DNA of 45,069 nucleotides from the NCBI GenBank assembly GCA_026129095.1, contig JAHCIT010000011.1, positions 62,001-107,069 of the forward strand, written 5' to 3'. This document shows, in pieces, positions 37,876-45,069 of this stretch (position 1 is the stretch's first letter; each line of letters starts with the position of its first letter). The position numbers and the translations under genes are program-made. The notes beneath the pieces are model-generated. The model was not told the DNA's origin, did no database searches, and was given only the letters and a program-made list of their open reading frames with translations. The DNA comes from Deltaproteobacteria bacterium. GTDB taxonomy: Bacteria; JAGRBM01; JAHCIT01.

Positions 37876-39897
37876 ATGGCCGACGCCCCCAAACCCAAGC
37901 GCTTCTACGTCACGACGCCCATCTACTATGCCAACGATGTGCCGCACCTGGGGCACGCCTACACGACCGTTGCCGCCGACGTGATCGCCCGGTTCAAGAG
38001 GATGACGGGCCACGAGGTCTGTTTTCTCACCGGTACCGACGAGCACGGCAAGAAGATGGAAGAAGCGGCGGCAGTCAAGGGTTATACCGGCAACGCGGGT
38101 ATCCAGAAGTTCTGCGACGAGGTGGTGCCTAACTTCCAGAATCTCTGGAAACGGCTCAATATCTCGAATACCGGCTTCATCCGCACCACCGAGGACCGGC
38201 ACAAGAAGGTTGTCCGCCGGTTCTGGGAAACGGTCCAGAACAAGGGCGACATCTACAAGGACAAATACGAAGGACTTTACTGCACCGCCTGTGAACAGTT
38301 CTACACCGAGAAGGAACTCGAAAACGGCAACTGCCCTACCCACAAGACCCCGGCCGTGAAACTGTCCGAGGAGTCCTATTTCTTCCGGATGCAGAACTAC
38401 CAGAAGCCGCTTGAAGGCTATCTCTCCAGTAATCCCGGCTTTGTGCAGCCAGCATCCCGGCACAACGAAACCCTGTCATTCGTAAAGGGCGGCCTCACAA
38501 ACCTCTCCGTATCCCGCTCGACGTTCACCTGGGGTATCCCGGTTCCGGGCGACGAGAAGCATGTCGTCTATGTCTGGATGGACGCCCTGGTGAACTATCT
38601 CTCGGCCTTGGGCTGGCCGGACGAGAAGAAATACAGGGAGTTCTGGGAGGACAAAGACGCCGAAACCCTGCATATCATCGGCAAGGATATTCTCCGGTTC
38701 CATGCCGTCTACTGGCCCACATTCCTTATGTCGGCCGGTGTGCCGCTTCCGAAACAGATATTTGCCCATGGCTGGTGGACCGTCGAAGGACAGAAGATGT
38801 CCAAGACCTTAAGGAACGTGGTGGATCCAAACCGGCTCATTGACACCTATGGAGCCGATCTCACCCGTTACTATCTATTACGGGCCGCCCCATTCGGTGA
38901 AGACGGCAACTTCTCCCACGAGGAGATGGCAAACCGCGTGATCGCGGAACTGAGCAACGGGGTGGGAAACCTGACGGCCCGGGTGCTCACGCAACTGGAC
39001 AGGTTTCGGAACTGCGAGATCAGAGAACCAGCCGCAACTGGTGCTGAAGCAGGTTACACCGCAATTACGCCGCTCATTGGCGGCGACAACGGATACTGGA
39101 ACCAGTATTGCGGGAAAATGCACCTGCTGGATTTCTACGGTGCACTGGATATCGCACAGAAAATCGTGTCCGAGTGTGATGGCGCCGTTCAGCGCACCAA
39201 ACCATGGACACTTGGCAAGGAAACGGGCCAACAGGCAGCCGTGTTCGATTACATGATGTCCGATTTCGTGCAGGCACTGAGCTGCGTCACGCTGATGCTC
39301 GCTCCCTTCATGCCTGAAAAGATGCAGGAACTCTGGAGCCAGCTTGGTTATTCCAGTTCAATAAACAATGTCATCGTGGCAGACGGGAAACTGCCAGATA
39401 TGCCTCGTGCCATCGCCAAAGACCGGGAGATCCTTTTCCCCAACAAGGACGCCATCAACGAGATCCGTGACCGCTTCCTTGCCGAAGCGAAGGGGGCGGT
39501 CACCGGGGCCGCACCGGCGGGGAAGGACGACAAGGCATCTGGCAAGAAGCCCGCGAAGGAGACACCGCCACCCGGCGTCATCACCATTGACGACTTCATG
39601 GGCGTGGAGCTTCGCGTCGCCACCGTCACGGCGGCCGAAAAGGTGGAAAAGTCCGACAAGCTGCTGAAACTCCAGGTGACGATTGGCGGGGAGACCCGGC
39701 AGGTGATTGCCGGGATCGCCAGGAGCTATTCCCCTGAACAGCTCGTCGGCCGCCAGGTGGTCGTCGTGGCCAACCTGAAACCGGCGAAGCTCATGGGCAT
39801 GGAGTCCCAGGGGATGATCCTCGCCGCCGAAACCGAGGACGGCCTTGTGCTTGCCGGTTTCGAGAAGCCGCCCAAACCCGGCTCCCGGGTGAAGTAG
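37876..39897 (+). CDS. metG: Methionyl-tRNA synthetase with C-terminal tRNA-binding domain
   Basis: TTPIYY, HLGH, GTDEHG, YVWMDAL, GKDILRFH, KMSKT, KPW; C-terminal NLKPAKLMGMESQGM. Confidence 0.97.
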   Translation: MADAPKPKRFYVTTPIYYANDVPHLGHAYTTVAADVIARFKRMTGHEVCFLTGTDEHGKKMEEAAAVKGYTGNAGIQKFCDEVVPNFQNLWKRLNISNTGFIRTTEDRHKKVVRRFWETVQNKGDIYKDKYEGLYCTACEQFYTEKELENGNCPTHKTPAVKLSEESYFFRMQNYQKPLEGYLSSNPGFVQPASRHNETLSFVKGGLTNLSVSRSTFTWGIPVPGDEKHVVYVWMDALVNYLSALGWPDEKKYREFWEDKDAETLHIIGKDILRFHAVYWPTFLMSAGVPLPKQIFAHGWWTVEGQKMSKTLRNVVDPNRLIDTYGADLTRYYLLRAAPFGEDGNFSHEEMANRVIAELSNGVGNLTARVLTQLDRFRNCEIREPAATGAEAGYTAITPLIGGDNGYWNQYCGKMHLLDFYGALDIAQKIVSECDGAVQRTKPWTLGKETGQQAAVFDYMMSDFVQALSCVTLMLAPFMPEKMQELWSQLGYSSSINNVIVADGKLPDMPRAIAKDREILFPNKDAINEIRDRFLAEAKGAVTGAAPAGKDDKASGKKPAKETPPPGVITIDDFMGVELRVATVTAAEKVEKSDKLLKLQVTIGGETRQVIAGIARSYSPEQLVGRQVVVVANLKPAKLMGMESQGMILAAETEDGLVLAGFEKPPKPGSRVK

Positions 39898-39955
39898 CAG
39901 CCGCTATCGATTTCCCGCCTGTTTTCATCATAATGGCGGCGGGAGTTTTTCCGCC

Positions 39956-41356
39956 GTGCTGATCGACACCCACTGCCACATTTCGAGCCGCGCCTTCGAC
40001 GGCGACCGCGAGGAAGCGTACAAACGCGCCCGCGAAGCGGGCGTCGGGGCGATGGTGGCCATCGGCGCGGGTTACGGCACCGGCGGCAATGCCGAGGCGG
40101 TGGAGTTCGCCCGCACGCACGAGGGCGTCTACGCCGCCGTCGGCATCCACCCCCACGAGGCGAAGGAGGCCAGCGAGCAGGTCTATGCGGACCTCGTGCG
40201 GCTGGCGAGGGAGAACCCCGGCAAGGTCGTGGGCTGGGGGGAAATCGGCCTCGACTACTACTACGAGCATTCGGACCGGAAGGTCCAGCGCGAGGTGTTC
40301 GGACGGATGATCGACCTCGCCATCGAGGTGAACCTGCCCATTATCATCCACGACCGGGACGCCGGTTCCGAGTGCGCCGACATCCTGAGAAGCCACGGAG
40401 CGGACAAGGTGGGCGGCGTCTGGCACTGCTTCACGGGCGACTACGATGCCGCCCGCCGGGCGCTGGATCTGGGGTTCCTCCTGTCGATTCCCGGCATCGT
40501 GACGTTCAGGAATGCGGACATGCTCAGGGACGTGATCCGCCGGGTGCCGGTGGAGTGCCTCGTCGTCGAGACCGATTCGCCGTTCCTCGCGCCGGTTCCC
40601 TGGCGCGGAAAGCGCAACGAACCGGCCTACGTCCGCAAGGTCGCCGAAAAGATCGCCGAGTTGAAGGCCCCGCTGACGGCGGACGACATCGAGCGAATCA
40701 CCACGCGCAATGCCATTGAGCTGTTCGACCTGAAGGACCTGCGCCCGGCGGCCGAGACGCCGCAGATCGCCTATTCGATCCGCAACTCGCTCTATCTCAA
40801 CATCACCAACCGCTGCACGAACCCATGCTTCTTCTGCCCCAAGTTCGGCGACTGGACGGTGAAGGGCCACTACCTCCGGCTGGGCAGGGAGCCGTCGCTG
40901 GACGAACTCAAGGCAGCCGTGGGCGACCCGTCGAAATGGGACGAAGTGGTGTTCGTCGGGCTCGGCGAGCCCACCAACCGGCTGGATCTCCTGAAAGAGA
41001 CCGCCCGGTGGCTCAAGGAAAAGGGCGCCCGGAAGATCCGCCTCGACACGGACGGCATGGCGAACCTTGTCTATGGCCGGAATGTCGCCCCTGAACTGGG
41101 CGGCCTCATCGACGCTGTGAGCGTCTCGCTCAATGCCCAGAACGCCAGCGAATTCGCAAGGGTGACGCGTACCCCCTACAAGGAAGAGGCCTGGCCAAAG
41201 GTGAAGGAGTTTATCGCAGAAGCAAAAAAGGTGATCCCCTGGGTCCAGGCGACGGTCGTCACCGTTCCCGGCGTTGACGTGGAAGCCTGCCGCCGGATCG
41301 CCGAGGACGAACTGGGAGTCCGGTTCCGGGCCCGCGAATACAACGAGGTGGGGTAA
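39956..41356 (+). CDS. tatD: TatD nuclease fused to a TatD-associated radical SAM domain
   Basis: DTHCH, GIHPH, GEIGLDY, HCF, ETDSP, followed by LYLNITNRCTNPCFFC, VFVGLGEPT, SVSLN. Confidence 0.92.
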   Translation: MLIDTHCHISSRAFDGDREEAYKRAREAGVGAMVAIGAGYGTGGNAEAVEFARTHEGVYAAVGIHPHEAKEASEQVYADLVRLARENPGKVVGWGEIGLDYYYEHSDRKVQREVFGRMIDLAIEVNLPIIIHDRDAGSECADILRSHGADKVGGVWHCFTGDYDAARRALDLGFLLSIPGIVTFRNADMLRDVIRRVPVECLVVETDSPFLAPVPWRGKRNEPAYVRKVAEKIAELKAPLTADDIERITTRNAIELFDLKDLRPAAETPQIAYSIRNSLYLNITNRCTNPCFFCPKFGDWTVKGHYLRLGREPSLDELKAAVGDPSKWDEVVFVGLGEPTNRLDLLKETARWLKEKGARKIRLDTDGMANLVYGRNVAPELGGLIDAVSVSLNAQNASEFARVTRTPYKEEAWPKVKEFIAEAKKVIPWVQATVVTVPGVDVEACRRIAEDELGVRFRAREYNEVG

Positions 41357-41534
41357 TCCCCATCGTCCGGCGTTACCCGAATCACACCACGGCAGTTGCA
41401 CTTCTGTTTACCATGCTTTTTTTGAAACATATTGAACAGGTGGTAGGCTCGCCCTGCTTCGGCCGGAAACCATGCCACGCAGTCCGACCCCAGTGCCCCG
41501 TCCACCCGCCATGTCCACCTCCAGACGGGGCATA

Positions 41535-42542
41535 ATGCGGGCGTTTGCCCTGTCGGCGCTGCTCCTGTGCGCCGGGGTGCAGGCCAAGCCGCTGGGTGCC
41601 GCGCCGGCCCCGAACACTGTCGCCGGTGTCCAGGGCCTGCTCCAGATCGGCGAGTACGATGCCGCCGGCCGGATGCTCGAATCGCTCATCCGCAGCCAGC
41701 CCAGCGACCCGGATGCGAACTACGAATACGGACGCTACCTGCTCGCCCTGCCAAAGCCCGACTACGACCGGGCCATCGAGCATCTTGAAAACGCCCTGAA
41801 AGCCAGCCCGCAGAACTCCAACTACAACCTCTGGGTGGCGCGGGCGTACGGCATCAAGATCGAGCACTCGAACATCGTCGCCGCCGCCTTTGGGCCCGTC
41901 TGGAAGGTCCGGCGGCATTTCGAGGCGGCAGTGAAACTCGATCCCGCCAACACCCCCGCCCGTGTGGACCTGTTCCAGTACTACCTGTTCGCCCCCGGCA
42001 TCGCCGGCGGCGGCAAGGGCAAGGCGATGGAACAGTACCGCGAGATCGCCAAGAACGCCCCCGGCGGCTACCTCGATTTCACGACGCAGGCGATCCTCGC
42101 CCTGGAAACGGGCGACTGGGAAGGGGTCGACATCGCCTACCAGCGGATGCTCCAGCTCAAGCCCGAATACGAGGGCCAGATCCGGCTCCAGTACGCCACG
42201 GTGATGATGAACCGCGGACAGTATGACAAGGCGCTCCGGTGGCTGAAGGCGGCGCAGCAGTCGGCCTCGGATATCGACCCGCCGTTCAAGATCCTCGCGC
42301 CCGACTACGTGCGGAATGGCTACTACGAGCGTGTTCGCTACGAGCTGGAACACAACGTCAAGGTGGACGTGGACGGCATGTCTGTGACGCGGCGGCAGCT
42401 CGGGACCAACGAGGCGAACACCAACCCCAAATACCTGGAATGCCTGCGGCTCATCGGCGGGCTCTACGACCGGTTCGGCCACAGGGAAAAGGCCGCGCAG
42501 TTCTTCGCCCGCGTCAGGCAGTCGGAAGCGGCGCGGCGCTAG
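41535..42542 (+). CDS. Secreted TPR-repeat protein
   Basis: Signal peptide; TPR-like helices; APGIAGGGKGKA motif. Confidence 0.75.
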   Translation: MRAFALSALLLCAGVQAKPLGAAPAPNTVAGVQGLLQIGEYDAAGRMLESLIRSQPSDPDANYEYGRYLLALPKPDYDRAIEHLENALKASPQNSNYNLWVARAYGIKIEHSNIVAAAFGPVWKVRRHFEAAVKLDPANTPARVDLFQYYLFAPGIAGGGKGKAMEQYREIAKNAPGGYLDFTTQAILALETGDWEGVDIAYQRMLQLKPEYEGQIRLQYATVMMNRGQYDKALRWLKAAQQSASDIDPPFKILAPDYVRNGYYERVRYELEHNVKVDVDGMSVTRRQLGTNEANTNPKYLECLRLIGGLYDRFGHREKAAQFFARVRQSEAARR

Positions 42543-43186
42543 CCCGTCTTGAGCGCGGCGGGGATATCCAGGTTCCCGCGGGTGCAGGCGATCAGCCCCC
42601 CGCAGATGAGCCGCGTCAGCAGCGCCGGCTCGGTATCGAGATCAATCGGCTCCCGGTTTTCGAGCTTCCGCATCACCACGCCCACGCAGGTGGACACCGT
42701 CGCCCAGGCAAGCAGTTCAATCTCCTTCGGAGTGAGCCGTGACCCGCGGAACGAGCGGGCCATGTCGGCAATGAGGTCCGACACGGCTTCACGGAAAAGC
42801 TGGTCCCCGAGCGGCAGGCTCCAGGAGTTCGACCGGGAACGCTCCCGGATCAGGATGCGGAACAGGTCCTCGTGCTCGCGGGTGAACCTGAGGAACGTGT
42901 AGACCGACGCCTGGGTCTGGTCGATCAGGTTCGAGCCGCGGCGGTGTCGGCCATTGCGGATCGCCTCGCGCAGGGTGCGGCTCCCGGCGAGAACGAGCTC
43001 GTTGAACGCCGCCTCCTTGGAATCGAAGTAGTGGTAGAAGGTGCCGATCGAAACCCCGGCGCTTTTGACAATATCCCTGACCTGCGTTGCCCCGTATCCC
43101 TTGGCCGCGAACACCCTCTGCGCGCTGGCGAGCACATGACGGCGCGTCTGCTGCTTCTGCTGGGCACGGGGTGCATCGGACCGCAT
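42539..43186 (-). CDS. TetR/AcrR family regulator
   Basis: FAAKGY..TQVRDIVKSAGVSIGTFYHYFDSKE; GGAGG RBS before ATG 43186. Confidence 0.93.
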   Translation of the reverse strand: MRSDAPRAQQKQQTRRHVLASAQRVFAAKGYGATQVRDIVKSAGVSIGTFYHYFDSKEAAFNELVLAGSRTLREAIRNGRHRRGSNLIDQTQASVYTFLRFTREHEDLFRILIRERSRSNSWSLPLGDQLFREAVSDLIADMARSFRGSRLTPKEIELLAWATVSTCVGVVMRKLENREPIDLDTEPALLTRLICGGLIACTRGNLDIPAALKTG

Positions 43187-43238
43187 GGCTGCCTCCACCA
43201 GACGAGGCTAGTCACCGAACCCAGGTTCGGCAAAACGG

Positions 43239-43721
43239 CTACTGGGGTTTCCGCGGAAGCATTTCGCAGCCGACATCAATGCGCTCGGCCTCTTCATACG
43301 GAGAACCGTCGGGGAAATCCCCCGGCAGGACCGGTATTTCCGTCTGGCCGCCCGGCCCCAGGTCGCAATCCAGCCGGCAGGGCACCACGTATGGCGTCCC
43401 CACCCGGATTCCCCCCAGCCGCCGCTGGATCTTGAGCCAGCGGACCCGGTAGCTGTTGAACTGGTCCCTGTTGTTGAGCCGCACGGTGGAAGCGACGGGC
43501 GTCGAGGTTTGCACGAACTTCTCGAAGCAGGAGGGGGCGTCCCACCAGCGGGGCGGCAGCCTGGGGAGTGTCGGGGGAATCGGCGGCGGGGGCGGCAGTG
43601 GTTTCTTTTCCTCTTCGCTCGCGCCCGCCGGAGCCACGACTGGGCCTGCAATCAGCCCGGACACCAGCACCGAGGCCAGCACCACCATCCAGCCAGATTT
43701 CAGGAATCGTCGCACGGCCAT
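43239..43721 (-). CDS. Hypothetical secreted proline-rich protein
   Basis: Signal peptide, PLPPPPPIPP linker, small domain with four Cys. Confidence 0.6.
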   Translation of the reverse strand: MAVRRFLKSGWMVVLASVLVSGLIAGPVVAPAGASEEEKKPLPPPPPIPPTLPRLPPRWWDAPSCFEKFVQTSTPVASTVRLNNRDQFNSYRVRWLKIQRRLGGIRVGTPYVVPCRLDCDLGPGGQTEIPVLPGDFPDGSPYEEAERIDVGCEMLPRKPQ

Positions 43722-43966
43722 CTCCGGTCCATCCTTAGCTGTGATACCTGTCCCGTATACCGCCTGTTTGAACGACAGTCACATTAGCAGGTGAAACCTT
43801 AAATTCCGATGAAACGGAGCGCGGCGGTTTACCTGATGTTTCTCGTCTCGCCCTGGTACGGCGACATGCAGGCCTTAAGCCGCCTTCGACCGGATACTCA
43901 CCCACGTGGGGGTGGTGATGATTTTGACGTCACACTCATGCATGTCACACGAAAACAGGATGGCCC

Positions 43967-44407
43967 TCAATCGCACGGTACGATCTCCGGACTGACCGGA
44001 AAGCCTTCTGGTTGTTCTTCACTGTATCTGATTCGATTACAGTCATCCGATACAAATACCCGCATACTCTGGTCGAGAATCATGACAAATTCTGAATAAC
44101 CAGAAAATACATTTAACATTCGACAAGTTCTAATAAAATTTTTATACTTACTGGATAATACTAGAGTATCCATTCCCTCTAGAAACTCGTACATATAACA
44201 CGTTTCACCTTTCTGTATTTTTGATCCCCACGCGTAATCGAATGTAATTGATCTTCCCTCCCGCACAATAATCTCTTTCCCGCTTCTGATATGATAAGTT
44301 ATATCATTTCCTGATCTGTTAACTATTTTTGCTGAAGTCCCAGACGGGCAGCCGGAACCAATTAAAGCAATTGTCAATAAGGTGCAGACCCGCTTGCTGA
44401 TTTTCAT
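43967..44407 (-). CDS. Low-GC lipoprotein, putative immunity protein
   Basis: Lipobox-like LIGSGC; GGAG RBS; strongly AT-rich; starts 15 nt after the upstream ORF stop. Confidence 0.65.
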   Translation of the reverse strand: MKISKRVCTLLTIALIGSGCPSGTSAKIVNRSGNDITYHIRSGKEIIVREGRSITFDYAWGSKIQKGETCYMYEFLEGMDTLVLSSKYKNFIRTCRMLNVFSGYSEFVMILDQSMRVFVSDDCNRIRYSEEQPEGFPVSPEIVPCD

Positions 44408-44422
44408 TCTTTCTCCATGATC

Positions 44423-45069
44423 TTACGGCATTTCAATATCCGCGCCGCCACCATACGGTGCGTTTGGATTATGCGTCAGATGTTCCATGAAATTATACTC
44501 ATGCCACCATTTATGTGGAGGCAGGAAAGTGACGGCTCCAATCACAATGGATATTGTTCCTGAAACAATATGAAGAGGCAGATACAGTGGGCCAAGTAAT
44601 CTCCCCTGCATTACATGCACAGCTTCAACTTGATACACATGTATATTCCTTCCAATATTACCTAGTGTTGTATCTGCTTCAATGGGGCTGGTGCCCGGCT
44701 GATACAACACAGCGTCTCCAAATGTCGTCGCTGGGTTATCGAACATATTGTCTTCGTAAGTGTATATCCCATTAATATTTGCGCGGGCAATTTCGCCACT
44801 TCCTGCCACTCCAAGAGTATGCCCGACTATGTTGGTCGGCAGTCTCCACAACCGGGTCGCCATCTCGTGCAGGCTTCTCAGGTTGCTGAACACATTGGTA
44901 GCCAGCCGGGATATCGGGTCAAGAACTCCCCGGCTCAGGTTGCCAATAGCACCGAATACCGTCGGCAACAGGCCTGGAAGCAGGCCCTTGGCCAGAATGA
45001 CCGATGCCATTATCGCCAGCGACATGATGGTTGAAACGATCAGGTTCCTCACGAACTTCTTCATCCATT
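44423..45069 (-). CDS. Probable C-terminal part of a polymorphic (RHS-like) toxin, 5' end probably outside window
   Basis: Frame open to the edge (W-M-K-K-F...); hydrophobic segment, then ATTFGD, VEAVHVMQGRLLGPLYLP, NFME; GC drops within the gene. Confidence 0.55.
   Translation of the reverse strand, partial: WMKKFVRNLIVSTIMSLAIMASVILAKGLLPGLLPTVFGAIGNLSRGVLDPISRLATNVFSNLRSLHEMATRLWRLPTNIVGHTLGVAGSGEIARANINGIYTYEDNMFDNPATTFGDAVLYQPGTSPIEADTTLGNIGRNIHVYQVEAVHVMQGRLLGPLYLPLHIVSGTISIVIGAVTFLPPHKWWHEYNFMEHLTHNPNAPYGGGADIEMP

Noticed and set aside
43800..43845. Hammerhead ribozyme (CTGATG and GAAA nearby)
   Set aside because: Core reads CTGATGT rather than CTGATGA and the stem order does not fit.
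43893..43920. CACGTGGGGGTG resembling part of a type I-E CRISPR repeat
   Set aside because: Single partial copy, no spacers, no cas genes.

Overview
High-GC bacterial chromosomal segment. The gene content (holB-ricT-metG-tatD/radical SAM, DUF3015/DUF4105, topo VI A) suggests a deltaproteobacteria-like lineage, which is inference. Left to right: (1) a lipid/redox catabolic group: a partial carotenoid-oxygenase-family gene missed by the ORF track, a tandem GST-N protein, acyl-CoA dehydrogenase, acyl-CoA ligase and an MDR oxidoreductase, interrupted by an orphan RiPP-precursor-like peptide and a DUF3015/DUF4105 (Lnb-like) pair; (2) tRNA-Leu(CAG) at the end of a ~12.5 kb minus-strand envelope run (two beta-barrels, ftsEX-envC-ctpA-yibQ-like, lipoprotein-mlaEFD, an ATPase-less permease); (3) an MCP, a CbbQ/CbbO (NorQ/NorD)-like pair with no client, a top6A with no top6B in the window, DUF983, a CDF transporter, an AsmA/YhdP-like protein, a nitrilase-family gene and a second acyl-CoA dehydrogenase; (4) holB-ricT-metG-tatD/rSAM; (5) TPR, TetR, a secreted protein and a low-GC toxin-tip/immunity-like pair at the right edge. 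No CRISPR array, integrase or IS was seen. Best leads: the orphan RiPP-like precursor, the DUF3015-terminator-DUF4105 module, the unpartnered Top6A, the clientless CbbQO pair and a divergent low-GC anticodon domain in MetRS. All calls come from motif recognition by eye; no searches were run.
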